From NCBI GenBank assembly GCA_963771175.1, contig CAVYSY010000026.1, positions 448,001 to 512,000 on the forward strand: 64,000 nucleotides of DNA, in the 5' to 3' direction. Below the pieces are notes generated by a model. The model searched no databases, had not been told where the DNA came from, and saw only the letters and a program-made list of their open reading frames with translations. The stretch is from an uncultured delta proteobacterium (GTDB lineage Bacteria; Myxococcota; Myxococcia; Myxococcales; Myxococcaceae). Position numbers and translations under genes: made by a program. Numbering within the stretch: the stretch's first letter is position 1; every line of letters starts with the position of its first letter. Shown piece after piece: positions 1 through 9,549 of this stretch.

Positions 1-492
1 CCCGCGCTGCGCGAGCAACTGCGCGCGGTCGAGCCAGACATGCCACTCGCCCGGGTGCGCTCCATGGAGGAGGTGGTGGACACGAGCCTCGGGCGTACAC
101 GGGTGCTGGGTGCGCTGTTGGCGGCCATGGCCGTGCTGGGGCTCGCGCTGGCAGGGCTGGGGCTGTACGGCGTGCTCGCGTATTCGGTGAGCCAGCGCAC
201 GCGTGAACTGGGCATCCGCATCGCACTGGGCGCGACGGACAAACAAGTGCTGTGGTTGGTGGTGAGACGGGGCGTGCTGCTCGCCGCGGCGGGGGTTGCC
301 CTGGGCCTGGTGGGAGCGCTCGCGCTCGCACGTGGCCTGTCCAGCATGCTCTACGGCGTGGACACACTCGATGCGGTCACCTTCACGGCGGTGCCCGCGT
401 TACTCGGGGCCGTGGCGCTGCTGGCGAGCTGGCTGCCGGCCCGGCGCGCGCTGCGTGTCCCTCCCCACGAAGCACTCCGCGCGGACGGCTGA
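1..492 (+). CDS. ABC transporter permease (MacB/FtsX family), C-terminal part; runs off window start
   Basis: GLYGVLAYSVSQRTRELGIRIALGA and PARRAL motifs typical of FtsX-like permease C-termini. Confidence 0.9.
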   Translation, partial: PALREQLRAVEPDMPLARVRSMEEVVDTSLGRTRVLGALLAAMAVLGLALAGLGLYGVLAYSVSQRTRELGIRIALGATDKQVLWLVVRRGVLLAAAGVALGLVGALALARGLSSMLYGVDTLDAVTFTAVPALLGAVALLASWLPARRALRVPPHEALRADG

Positions 493-534
493 GCAATCCT
501 CCCCGAGCCATCCGAAGCAGGTCCGTTCATGAGG

Positions 535-702
535 GGGGACCACCGGACGCGCGCTCGCGCAACCGGTCCGACTGTCGGACCAGTTCGTGAAAACCGCGGC
601 CGGGAGGCTGGCGGAGCTCGGTGGTCAGAGGACCCTCCGGGCTCGGTTTTGAAAAACCTGTCCGACTGTCGGACAGGTTTTTGAAGAGCGCGACCGGAAG
701 GT
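535..702. repeat. Tandem pair of palindromic REP-like units (94-bp period), locus A
   Basis: Palindromes centred at 573 (ggtccgac-t-gtcggacc) and 667 (perfect 15-bp arms 652-666/668-682); lies between convergent genes; reverse-complement match to 36976-37146. Confidence 0.85.
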
Positions 703-709
703 GGCCGCC

Positions 710-2161
710 TCAGCGCCGCTCCACGCGGCGCCAGGAACCCGCTCGCCCAGCTTCCTCGAAGCCCGCGAAGGACTCGGGCAGCGGCCCCTCCCCGTACACC
801 AGCAATGCATTGAAAGGAGCGAGCTGCTCGGCGGAGCTGCCGTCCATCCACTGTGGCAGCTGTGGCGGCGCGTGGCCTGAGCGGAAGCGGACCGGCAGGT
901 GGTCCCCGTTGGCGAAGAAGTGGTGCCCCACCCCGCCCTGAGTGGCCGTCCACCACTGGCCGAGGTGCTCCAGGTAGACGAGGCGGCTGCCCTGGGAACG
1001 GTTCCCGACGAGCGAGACGTAGCCGTGCGGACCTGGAGGAGGAGGCTGGGCCACCAGCGTCTCCAGCCCCTCCACCTCGTGCTTGAAGCGCCAGTGGAAG
1101 CGCGCCGTCTCGGCGAGCGAGGCCACCACGAGCAGCAGCATCAACGCCTTCACCGGCCGGGCAATGCGCGCTGGGTCCACCAGCAGCAGGGCGATGACGC
1201 CCCCGAGGACCGGCAGGCGCACGTGGATGAGCCACGCCCCCGAGAGCGCCTTGGGGGTCATCAAGAAAAGCATGCCGAGCGCCAGGAAGAGCACCCAAGG
1301 CGCCCGAGGCTCCTCGCGCCGGTGGCGCAGGTACGCCACCACGAACACCGCGGTAATCACCAGCGGGCATGCCACGGCGAGCACCCCCTCGACGCGGTAG
1401 TTACGCAGGAGCCAGTTGAAGTGCGAGCCCCACCCGTAGTCCGGAATCGTGTGGTCGCCGGTCGAGAAGGCCCTCGACAGGAGCGTCACCACCCGAGCCG
1501 CGCAGAGGAGTAACGGAGGCGCGAGACCCACGGCGGCGAGCCCCACCGCCCGCTTCCGGGACTCCGAGGTGAGCGCGAGCGCCGCCACGCCGACACAGAG
1601 GGCCCCGAAGGAAACGAGGTGCGAGAGCATCGTCGCGGTGGACAGGAGCGCGAGTCCCACCATGGCCCCCACGACGCACCCGGGGCTCCGCAGCGCGCGC
1701 AGGTACAGGGCCAGCGCGAGCAGGGCGAGCGGCAGGGCGAAGAAGCTCGGAAGGAAGCCGTACCAGTAGGAGATGTTGAAGGCGAGCGGGAGCCCGAGCA
1801 CCACCGTCCACGCGGGCCGTCCCAGGGTGCGCGCGAGTGACAGGTGCGCCAGGGGGAACAGCATCAGCACGGTCCACGCCGCGAGCCGCGCCGCGAAGGC
1901 ACCGTTCGTCAGCAGCGTCACCGGCAGGAAGAGCCAGATGGGAAGCCCGTAACCGAGCGGGAGGTGCGCCTCGTACCAGGTCCCCACCTGCGGGTTGCCC
2001 CGAACGAGCTCGGCGAACGTCTGCATCTGCGCCGCGTGGGCGGGCAGATCCACCGAGGGCGGGATGCCGCTCACGCACCAGGCGGCGAAGGCCCCCCAGG
2101 CCACCAGCAGTGCGCCGAGTCTCCAGCGAGCGAGCGAAGAGGCGGGTTCGGCGACGTTCAC
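710..2161 (-). CDS. Polytopic membrane protein, GT-C/ArnT-like glycosyltransferase candidate
   Basis: 483 aa, many hydrophobic segments, PSVDLPAH in first external loop; 4-bp overlap with upstream gene. Confidence 0.55.
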   Translation of the reverse strand: MNVAEPASSLARWRLGALLVAWGAFAAWCVSGIPPSVDLPAHAAQMQTFAELVRGNPQVGTWYEAHLPLGYGLPIWLFLPVTLLTNGAFAARLAAWTVLMLFPLAHLSLARTLGRPAWTVVLGLPLAFNISYWYGFLPSFFALPLALLALALYLRALRSPGCVVGAMVGLALLSTATMLSHLVSFGALCVGVAALALTSESRKRAVGLAAVGLAPPLLLCAARVVTLLSRAFSTGDHTIPDYGWGSHFNWLLRNYRVEGVLAVACPLVITAVFVVAYLRHRREEPRAPWVLFLALGMLFLMTPKALSGAWLIHVRLPVLGGVIALLLVDPARIARPVKALMLLLVVASLAETARFHWRFKHEVEGLETLVAQPPPPGPHGYVSLVGNRSQGSRLVYLEHLGQWWTATQGGVGHHFFANGDHLPVRFRSGHAPPQLPQWMDGSSAEQLAPFNALLVYGEGPLPESFAGFEEAGRAGSWRRVERR

Positions 2162-3609
2162 TTCGGGTCCTCGGGCTCCTGCTCACGTTCCTTCTTCGTG
2201 GGCGGCTGCGGCGCATTGCTCCGCCGGGGCACGGCCACCGCGTCACCCAGCGGGGTCGGCTGGCACTCGCAGATGGTGCGCCGGGTGCTCGGCTGGTGCA
2301 CGAAGATGCACGCGTTGGGGCACTCCTGGAGCTGGCCCTCCTCGAACAGGGCCAGCGAGTATCCGCGCACCGTCTTCAGGGCCTCGTTGCACTCAGGCAT
2401 TGCCTGCACCAGCCGGGGCCACGGCACGAGGTGCTGCGTCGTCACGCCCCGGCTCGTGGGCGCGAACGAGAACCCCACCTGGCAGTCCAACGTCAGCGGC
2501 TTGCCGTCCTCGCCCAGGAGCTCCAGGTGCAGCCGCCCGCCCTCGGGCAGGTCGCGGAATACCGACCCGGTAACGGCCATGCGACCCTCCGCCCCTCGCC
2601 GGACGTGCAGCCCGAAGCAGGACTCCTCACGGAGCTCCTCCGGGTTCTGAGCGCCCGGCCGGGCACAGCGCTGGCGGCCCTCGACGCTCTGCACGCGAGG
2701 CCGGCGCAACACCAGCGTGTCCCCCTGCACGTCCACCGTGGTGCGGAAGCGGCCCCAGACGTCCGGTCCGAGCCGGCCCAGCGTGGTCGGGTTCCGCCAC
2801 CCCACCCCGGCCTCCAGCACCAGCGGCTGAACGCCCACGCCCGAGGCCATCTCCACCGCGTCCACCAGATAGGCCCTCGGGGGCAGGTTGGCGGCCGTCT
2901 CCAGCGGTTGGAATCCCTGCGCCTCCGCGGCCCCCAGCGCCAGCCGGGAGAAGGGCTCGCGCGTGCCCAGCACGAAGGGCCCGGTGAGGGCCGCCTCTCC
3001 CTGCGTCACCCGCGCCGCCAGCAGCGGCCAGTCGCCCACCGGCTCCCGGGAGAGTTCGAGCCGGAGCACCTCCTCGGCCGGATCCGCGCCGGGAGCGGCC
3101 GCCTCGGCCAGGTACTCGGCGCGGGGGCGGGACTTCTCGAAGGACACCTCGCGGCGCAGCGGGTCCACCGTGAAGGCATAGGGGGCGAGCACGTCCGCCC
3201 CCAGCGTCACCGAGCAGACACGCTCGTCGGTGAGCCCCACGCCCCGAGGCCCCAGCGGGGTATTCCCCACGCGCAGGCCCGACACGCGCACCAGGGGCCA
3301 GTCCCGCACGCCCCCGGGCCCAGCGTAGACGTCCGGCACGCGCGCGGTGCCCACGGTGGGGGGTGGAGGGTTCTTCTCATCCCAGCAGCCCGCGGACACG
3401 GCGGAGAGCGCGCGGGCGACATCCAGCACCACCGGCACCGGACGCCCGCGCAGGTGGCCCTCCACCACGAGCCGCAGGTTGGGCGAGGGCAGCAGCGGAA
3501 GCGTCTGGCCCGCGAGGCTGCCCGGGACTTCGGCGGGCGTGGCGGGGCCGGCTCCCCGGAGGCACCCGGAGAGCACCAGCAACAGGGCCCCGAGACGCGC
3601 GCTCCGCAC
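2158..3609 (-). CDS. Lipoprotein with two degenerate retropepsin/aspartyl-protease-like domains and Cys-rich C-terminus
   Basis: Lipobox LSGC; VVLDVARALS, LGADVL, FVLGTRE and LGPDVWGRF resemble the DTG...LGxD pattern. Confidence 0.55.
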   Translation of the reverse strand: MRSARLGALLLVLSGCLRGAGPATPAEVPGSLAGQTLPLLPSPNLRLVVEGHLRGRPVPVVLDVARALSAVSAGCWDEKNPPPPTVGTARVPDVYAGPGGVRDWPLVRVSGLRVGNTPLGPRGVGLTDERVCSVTLGADVLAPYAFTVDPLRREVSFEKSRPRAEYLAEAAAPGADPAEEVLRLELSREPVGDWPLLAARVTQGEAALTGPFVLGTREPFSRLALGAAEAQGFQPLETAANLPPRAYLVDAVEMASGVGVQPLVLEAGVGWRNPTTLGRLGPDVWGRFRTTVDVQGDTLVLRRPRVQSVEGRQRCARPGAQNPEELREESCFGLHVRRGAEGRMAVTGSVFRDLPEGGRLHLELLGEDGKPLTLDCQVGFSFAPTSRGVTTQHLVPWPRLVQAMPECNEALKTVRGYSLALFEEGQLQECPNACIFVHQPSTRRTICECQPTPLGDAVAVPRRSNAPQPPTKKEREQEPEDPK

Positions 3610-3612
3610 GGG

Positions 3613-4410
3613 CTACTTCCGCGTGGCCTTCGTGAAGTCGTCGATGCGCGTGCCCTCGGGCGGGTTGAGCTTGAAGCTGTCCGCCGCGACGCCCACGTTC
3701 GTCTTCAGGCCGAGGAAGGAGATGGTGTTCTCGCTGCCGTCCGGGTCCACCACCGTGCTCTTGAGCACCTGGGCCGTCTTCGGGTCCACCTCCAGGCGAA
3801 CCTGGCGGAAGCGCGGATCGGCCTTGAGCGGGTCCAGCACCAGCAGCGTGCCCTTGCAGTCCTTGCACTCGCCCTTGGAGATGGAGAACTCGTCCGCCAG
3901 CTTGCCCTGGCCGAAGAGGAACGTCACCGAGGCCGAGAGCTGGGTGGTGTCGATGCGGCCCACGCTCAGCGTCTGGGCCTCCGGGTCGAACGCGTACACC
4001 TTCTCGCCGGCGAGCACGAAGGTGCGCTTGGAGGGCTTCTCGTACTCCCAGCGCATCAGGCCCGGCTTCTTGTAGGTGACCTTGCCGGTGGACGTCTGCG
4101 TGCGCCGCAGGGCCTTGTACTTGTAGTCCTGCTTGAAGTCGGACGTGAAGTCCTGCGTCTTCTCGTAGAAGGCCTGCATCCGGTCCACGAGGTCCTTCAC
4201 CTCGGGAGCCGTCTTCTTTTCGACGGCCTTGGGGGCCTCCGCGGCCTTCGGAGCCTCCGCCTTGGGAGCGCCCTGGGCGGGAGCGGTCTGCGCCGGAGCG
4301 GGAGCCTGCTGAGCAGGCGCCTGGGCGACCACCTGGTGGGCGACGGTGGAGGGCACCGGGGCAATCACCGGCGCGGCCAGGAGGGTAAAGAGCAGCTTCT
4401 CGAGGGACAT
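3613..4410 (-). CDS. lolA: Outer membrane lipoprotein carrier LolA
   Basis: FTSDFKQ, GKVTYKKPGLMRWEY motifs; N-terminal signal peptide. Confidence 0.88.
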   Translation of the reverse strand: MSLEKLLFTLLAAPVIAPVPSTVAHQVVAQAPAQQAPAPAQTAPAQGAPKAEAPKAAEAPKAVEKKTAPEVKDLVDRMQAFYEKTQDFTSDFKQDYKYKALRRTQTSTGKVTYKKPGLMRWEYEKPSKRTFVLAGEKVYAFDPEAQTLSVGRIDTTQLSASVTFLFGQGKLADEFSISKGECKDCKGTLLVLDPLKADPRFRQVRLEVDPKTAQVLKSTVVDPDGSENTISFLGLKTNVGVAADSFKLNPPEGTRIDDFTKATRK

Positions 4411-4486
4411 GGCTTGAGCTCTCTCCAGGCGGGCGAGACGCCCGCGGTTCCAACTGAACCTACAGACGGGGCCGGGGCCCCGGCAT

Positions 4487-5179
4487 TCAAGGCCTGGGTG
4501 GACGAGGGGGCTTCTTGAAGATGCGCCGCCGCTGCTTGACGGCGAGCACGTAGAAGCGGTCGCGCAGTTCCTGGGCCTCCGCCTCGGTGAGATCTCCCAC
4601 GCGCCCGAGGTGCTCCTCGCGCCAGGCGATGGCCCGGGTGATGCTGGCCGACGCGGCGGCGGAGATGTTGAGGCTCTGACTGAAGCCTCGCATGGGAATC
4701 CAGAAGGTGCCGTCCGACTGGGCCAGCACCTCGTCGCTCACGCCCTTGCGCTCGTTGCCGAAGATGAGGGCGATCTTCGTGTCGAAGCGCAGGGAGTAGA
4801 GACTGGTGGCGTCCTCGCGGATGGCCGAGGCGTACAGGGCGAAGCCGCGCGACTTGAGGTGCGCGCGGCACGAGGCGAAGTCCTTGTAGAGCTTCACGTC
4901 GAGCCACTTGTCGCAGCCCTGCGCCACCCGCGAGTTGGGCATGAAGGGCGCCTCGGGGTTGACGATGACGTGCACCTCCTGGAGGCCATTGGCCTCACAG
5001 GTGCGCAGCACGGCGGCCATGTTGAAGCTGTCCTCCAGCCGGTCCAGCACCACCGTGAAGGTCCGCGTGCGCTGGGAGATGACCTTGTCGATCTTCTCCC
5101 TGCGCACGTCGAGCAGGAGGGACTCCGGATCCACCGGAGCCTTCTCGAGCCTCTCGTAATGAGGACCGCCGCCCGTCAT
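4487..5179 (-). CDS. trmH: TrmH/SpoU family RNA 2'-O-methyltransferase
   Basis: NMAAVLRTCEA, FGNERKGVS, IPMRGFSQSLNIS SPOUT motifs; ATG at 5179 after GGAGG. Confidence 0.9.
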   Translation of the reverse strand: MTGGGPHYERLEKAPVDPESLLLDVRREKIDKVISQRTRTFTVVLDRLEDSFNMAAVLRTCEANGLQEVHVIVNPEAPFMPNSRVAQGCDKWLDVKLYKDFASCRAHLKSRGFALYASAIREDATSLYSLRFDTKIALIFGNERKGVSDEVLAQSDGTFWIPMRGFSQSLNISAAASASITRAIAWREEHLGRVGDLTEAEAQELRDRFYVLAVKQRRRIFKKPPRPPRP

Positions 5180-5181
5180 CG

Positions 5182-6534
5182 CTACCTCCGAGCCCGTTTC
5201 GGCGCGGCCTTCTTCACCGCCGCCTTGCGGGCTGGCGCCTTGACCGCCTTCTTCGCGGGAGCCTTCCTCGCCGCGCTCTTGCGAGCCGGCGCTTTCTTCG
5301 CGGCGGCCCTCTTGGCGGTCACCTTCTTCGCGGGGGCCTTCTTCACGGCCACCTTCTTCGCCGCGGCCTTCTTCGCGGGAGTCTTCTTCGCCGCGGCCTT
5401 CTTCACGGCCACCTTCTTCGCCGCGGCCTTCTTCACGGGAGCCTTCTTCACGGCGGCCCTGGCCGGCTGTGCGGGGGCCTTCTTCTCCGCCCGGGGCTTC
5501 CGCGGCAGCTCCACGTGCAGCTTGTCCGTCCGGCCGGTGAAGAGCACCTCGGCCACCGTGTCCAGCAGCGGCTGCATGCCGGCGCCCGTGGCGCACGAGA
5601 CGGGGAAGACGGCGATGCCGCGCTTGCTCATCTCCTTCGTCAGCGCCTCGAGCTTCGCCTGCGCCTCGGGCAGGTCCAGCTTGTTGGCGGCCACCACCTG
5701 AGGCTTGTGCGACAGCTCCTGGCTGTACTTGCGCAGTTCCTCGTTGAGGATGTCGAAGTCGCGGATCGGATCCCGCCCCTCGCCCTCGGCGCCCATGTCC
5801 AGCAGGTGGATGAGCACCTTGCAGCGCTCCACGTGCCGCAGGAACTGGTGGCCCAGCCCCACGCCGTCGCTGGCGCCCTCGATGATGCCGGGGATGTCCG
5901 CCATCACGAAGGACAGGCCGTCCTTGTACTGGACCATGCCCAGGTTGGGCACGAGCGTGGTGAAGGGGTAGTTGGCGATCTTCGGCCGAGCCCGGCTCAC
6001 GATGGAGATGAGCGTGCTCTTGCCCGCGTTGGGGAAGCCGAGCAGCCCCACGTCCGCGAGCAGCTTCAGCTCCAGCCGCAGCGTGCGCACCTCGCCTGGC
6101 GTCCCGTCCTGGGCGAAGCGCGGCGTCTGCCGGGTGGAGGTGGCGAAGTTCATGTTGCCCAGACCACCCCGCCCGCCCTTGCACGCCACTACGCGCTGGC
6201 CCACGTCACTCAGGTCCGCCAGCAGCTCGTCGGTGTCGTGGTCGTAGATGAGCGTCCCCACCGGCACCTTGAGGACGAGGTCATCGGACGAGCGACCGTT
6301 GCAGTCGTTGCCCATGCCGCCCTCGCCGTTCCGGGCGTGGTGGTGCTGCTGGTAGCGGTAGTCCAGCAGGGTGGTGAGCTGGGGATCGGCCACGAAGATG
6401 ACCGAGCCGCCATTGCCCCCGTCTCCACCGTTGGGGCCTCCGCGGTCGATGTACTTCTCCCGCCGGAAGGAGACGGAACCGTTGCCCCCGTCCCCGGCCT
6501 TCACGTGGATTCGGACTTCATCGACGAATTTCAT
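5182..6534 (-). CDS. obgE: GTPase ObgE with long Lys/Ala-rich C-terminal tail
   Basis: MKFVDEVRI, GLLGFPNAGKST, YPFTT, DIPG, NKLD; downstream of rplU-rpmA. Confidence 0.97.
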   Translation of the reverse strand: MKFVDEVRIHVKAGDGGNGSVSFRREKYIDRGGPNGGDGGNGGSVIFVADPQLTTLLDYRYQQHHHARNGEGGMGNDCNGRSSDDLVLKVPVGTLIYDHDTDELLADLSDVGQRVVACKGGRGGLGNMNFATSTRQTPRFAQDGTPGEVRTLRLELKLLADVGLLGFPNAGKSTLISIVSRARPKIANYPFTTLVPNLGMVQYKDGLSFVMADIPGIIEGASDGVGLGHQFLRHVERCKVLIHLLDMGAEGEGRDPIRDFDILNEELRKYSQELSHKPQVVAANKLDLPEAQAKLEALTKEMSKRGIAVFPVSCATGAGMQPLLDTVAEVLFTGRTDKLHVELPRKPRAEKKAPAQPARAAVKKAPVKKAAAKKVAVKKAAAKKTPAKKAAAKKVAVKKAPAKKVTAKRAAAKKAPARKSAARKAPAKKAVKAPARKAAVKKAAPKRARR

Positions 6535-6657
6535 ACGACCCTCTAAATGCGGAACGGGCCGCCTCCGCGTCCAGCGCCGGGAGGCGATTGGACCGGGAGC
6601 GACCCGCTCACAAGGCAAACAGGAGCCCGTGACACAGGCTCCCTACTTCGAGGCCGA

Positions 6658-6924
6658 CTAGGCGCTCGTCTGAGCCGGATAGACCGACACCTTCTTGCGG
6701 TCCCGTCCCTGGCGCTCGTACTTCACCACCCCGTCCACCGTGGCGAAGAGCGTGTAGTCACGCCCCAGCTTCACGTTGGAACCCGGGTGGATGACCGTGC
6801 CGAGCTGCCGCACGAGGATGCTCCCCGCGCTGACGGTCTCGCCCGCGAACACCTTCACGCCGCGGTACTGCGGATTGGAATCGCGACCGTTGCGCGAAGA
6901 ACCCTGTCCCTTTTTATGAGCCAT
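6658..6924 (-). CDS. rpmA: 50S ribosomal protein L27
   Basis: [16 protein letters not shown]. Confidence 0.98.
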   Translation of the reverse strand: MAHKKGQGSSRNGRDSNPQYRGVKVFAGETVSAGSILVRQLGTVIHPGSNVKLGRDYTLFATVDGVVKYERQGRDRKKVSVYPAQTSA

Positions 6925-6983
6925 GACACCGATTCCTGATGCTGCCGGCGCGCGCGCGGCGCTCCGGGAAGTGGTAACCCGGA

Positions 6984-7292
6984 CTAGCCGGAGATGGAGG
7001 TCACCTTGACCTCGGTGTAGGGCTGACGGTGGCCACGGCGGCGCGTCCAGCCCTCCTTCTCCTTGCGGAAGTGCAGCACCTTGCGGTGCTTGTCCTGGGC
7101 CAGGATCTTGCCCATGACCTTGGCGCCCGACACGGTCGGCTGCCCCACCTTCGGGCTGTCGGAACCACCGAGCATCAGGACGTCGTTGAAGGTCACCTCG
7201 GCGCCAACGTCCCCCGAGACCTTCTCGATCCGGAGCACGTCGCCCTCGGCCACGCGGTACTGCTTGCCGCCCGTGCGAATGACTGCGTACAT
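6984..7292 (-). CDS. rplU: 50S ribosomal protein L21
   Basis: [14 protein letters not shown]...GHRQPYT. Confidence 0.98.
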   Translation of the reverse strand: MYAVIRTGGKQYRVAEGDVLRIEKVSGDVGAEVTFNDVLMLGGSDSPKVGQPTVSGAKVMGKILAQDKHRKVLHFRKEKEGWTRRRGHRQPYTEVKVTSISG

Positions 7293-7385
7293 CGTAGAAC
7301 CCCTGGTTATCCGGGTTGTTTCAACCCTGAAAGGCCCGCGTGCATTTCGGACGGGTAAACCCGTCCTACGATGCAAAGGGGGCCC

Positions 7386-7414
7386 GATCTACGGGAGAAG
7401 CCCTGGGGAGTCAA
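7386..7414 (-). promoter_or_regulatory. Putative sigma-70 promoter of rplU-rpmA-obgE
   Basis: Minus strand TTGACT-N17-TAGATC about 95 bp upstream of rplU. Confidence 0.6.
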
Positions 7415-7587
7415 GACAGATACCAGGGAAGCGGCGCACATCCTGCACTCCACCCCTGCCCCTCCCCTCCCGCCTGCCCGCCTGTGGACAGGGGCGGCGT
7501 CTCCCGCGCCCCGCCGCTTGCCCAGCAGATAGGATGAACGACTCTCCTCTCTGGACCCTCCTCTTTGCAACAAGGAAGGACGCCCGG

Positions 7588-7929
7588 ATGCGAAAGTCTG
7601 GATGGATGCTCGCCTGGATGGCGGCGGTGGCGGTCCTCGCCGGGTGCCGGAGCACGGCCTGCCAGGATCTGGCGGAGGTGTACGCCGACGTGGATCAGAA
7701 GTCCCGGCCCTGCCTGGAGCGCGCTCCCCTGCCCGCCTTCGACCCCACCCGGTGCGAGCAGAACCTCCAGCGGTGCGAGGGCGATGACCTGGATCAGCTC
7801 GACAGCCAGGTGGAGTGCTACCAACAGCTCGACGCCTGCCAGCCCGAGGAGAAGGCCTCCTTCCTGGACGCCATTTCCACCTGCGACAGCCACTTCATCA
7901 GTAATACCTGCGAAGCGGCCATCTTCTAG
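7588..7929 (+). CDS. Small cysteine-rich lipoprotein (paralog 1)
   Basis: Lipobox LAGC; lipobox Cys plus 8 further Cys; aligns with next gene. Confidence 0.75.
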   Translation: MRKSGWMLAWMAAVAVLAGCRSTACQDLAEVYADVDQKSRPCLERAPLPAFDPTRCEQNLQRCEGDDLDQLDSQVECYQQLDACQPEEKASFLDAISTCDSHFISNTCEAAIF

Positions 7930-8046
7930 GTTCAAGCGGCCGCGCCCCCTGGCCCTGTGAATCCGTTCACTGCCCTTAATGGATGGACCGCGATTAGGAT
8001 GCGCGCCTCTTCACACCCAATCGTGAAGCCCAGAGGGGGCATACCT

Positions 8047-8400
8047 ATGAAGAAGACGTGGATGTTCGGAGTCGTGGCTGCCGTGTCGATGGTGCTGACG
8101 GGCTGTGGCTCGACCTGTGACGATCTGGCGGACGCTTTCGAGGAAGCCGATGAGAAGGCAAGGCCCTGCGCCACCGGGGGCAGTGAGCCGACGGCCTTCA
8201 ACGTCAACCAGTGCGAGAACAACATCGACAAGTGCTCGGACTCGGAGAAGGAGGCGCTCGCCGATTTCGCCGATTGCATCCGGGATCTGCCGGAGTGCAC
8301 CCCGGCTACCCAGAGCGGCTTCATCAACTCGCTTACGGCCTGCGCGCTCGGCGTGAGTGGCAAGGTCGGCCAGACCTGCTCCTCGGCCCTGGGCGGCTGA
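8047..8400 (+). CDS. Small cysteine-rich lipoprotein (paralog 2)
   Basis: Lipobox LTGC; RBS GAGGGGG; same Cys pattern as 7588-7929. Confidence 0.8.
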   Translation: MKKTWMFGVVAAVSMVLTGCGSTCDDLADAFEEADEKARPCATGGSEPTAFNVNQCENNIDKCSDSEKEALADFADCIRDLPECTPATQSGFINSLTACALGVSGKVGQTCSSALGG

Positions 8401-8414
8401 ACCCTGAGTCGTGC

Positions 8415-8499
8415 GGAACCGGGCAGGCTCACGTTCCATCGTGAGCGCGGCCCGGTTCCCTGTCCGTGGACCGGGGATGACGTCGACCCCGGTCCACGG
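8415..8499. terminator. Two consecutive stem-loops after the lipoprotein pair
   Basis: ggaaccggg...cccggttcc (8415-8459) and perfect 13-bp stem ccgtggaccgggg/ccccggtccacgg (8464-8499); no U-tract. Confidence 0.5.
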
Positions 8500-8555
8500 T
8501 CTTCACCCGCAGCGAGTTCACGTCACACCCGGGTAACGGCTAGAGTGCGCGCGCC

Positions 8556-9518
8556 ATGTCCCGTGCCACTCGCCGCATCCCCCTCGTCAACCTGTCCCAC
8601 TACCGCACCGGCAACTCCGAGGAGCGCGCCCGCTTCGTCCAGGTGTTCGGAGACGCCCTCAAGGAGTTCGGTTTCGTCTCCGTCGAGGGCCACGGCGTCG
8701 ACGATGGGCTCATCCGCCGTACCTACTCGGACGTGGAGGCCTTCTTCCACCAGCCGGAGCAGGTGAAGCACCGCTACCACGTCCCCGCCTTCGGCGGTCA
8801 GCGCGGCTACACGCCCTTCGGCAAGGAGCACGCGAAGAACCGCACCGTGGGCGACCTCAAGGAGTTCTGGCACGTGGGGCGCGATCTGCCCGAGGGCCAC
8901 CCGCGCCGCCCCGCCTCCGCCCCCCACAATCTCTGGCCGGAGGAAGTGCCCTCCTTCCGCACGAACACGCAGGCGCTCTTCAGCGCGCTCGACGGTGCGG
9001 CGGCGGTGATGCTCCAGGCCCTCGCCGAGTACTTCGGCATCGACCGCAACACCTTCAGCGACATGGCGCAGGACGGCACCTCCGTGCTCCGCGTCATCCA
9101 CTACCCGCCCCTGAAGGAGAAGTTCGTCCCCGGCGCGGTGCGCGCCGCCGAGCACGAGGACATCAACCTCATCACCCTCCTGTGCGAGGGCACCGCCTCG
9201 GGCCTGGAGATCCTCACCCGCGATGGCGAGTGGATTCCCGTGGACACGCTGCGCGGGCAGATCGTCGTGGACTCGGGGGACATGCTCAGCCGGGTCACCA
9301 ACGGCGTCATCCCCGCCACCACCCACCGCGTGGTCAACCCGCCCTCGCTCGCCGAGGACAACACGCGCTACTCCATGCCCTTCTTCGTGCACCCCTACCC
9401 GGACTGCATGCTGAAGCCCCTGGAGTGCACCGTGACGCCGGAAAACCCCGGCCAGCCCCCCATTACCGCCGACGCCTTCCTGCACCAGCGCCTGCGGGAG
9501 ATCGGCCTCATCAAGTAG
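8556..9518 (+). CDS. Isopenicillin N synthase family 2OG-Fe(II) oxygenase
   Basis: HYPP, HED iron motif, HRV, RYS. Confidence 0.92.
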   Translation: MSRATRRIPLVNLSHYRTGNSEERARFVQVFGDALKEFGFVSVEGHGVDDGLIRRTYSDVEAFFHQPEQVKHRYHVPAFGGQRGYTPFGKEHAKNRTVGDLKEFWHVGRDLPEGHPRRPASAPHNLWPEEVPSFRTNTQALFSALDGAAAVMLQALAEYFGIDRNTFSDMAQDGTSVLRVIHYPPLKEKFVPGAVRAAEHEDINLITLLCEGTASGLEILTRDGEWIPVDTLRGQIVVDSGDMLSRVTNGVIPATTHRVVNPPSLAEDNTRYSMPFFVHPYPDCMLKPLECTVTPENPGQPPITADAFLHQRLREIGLIK

Positions 9519-9549
9519 CCTCGCGTGCGTGGGGACCTCCTCCGCACGC

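Noticed and set aside
535..702. Regularly spaced palindromes as a CRISPR array
   Set aside because: Only two units per locus, flanks are conserved rather than unique spacers, and no cas genes are present
1837..4518. 893-aa plus-strand ORF and similar long ORFs (26001-28820, 53656-56217, 16505-18640)
   Set aside because: Antisense shadows of real genes, expected with high GC3; no recognisable motifs
4487..6184. 565-aa TrmH with long N-terminal extension
   Set aside because: The extension is an alternate frame of obgE; the real start is 5179 with an RBS
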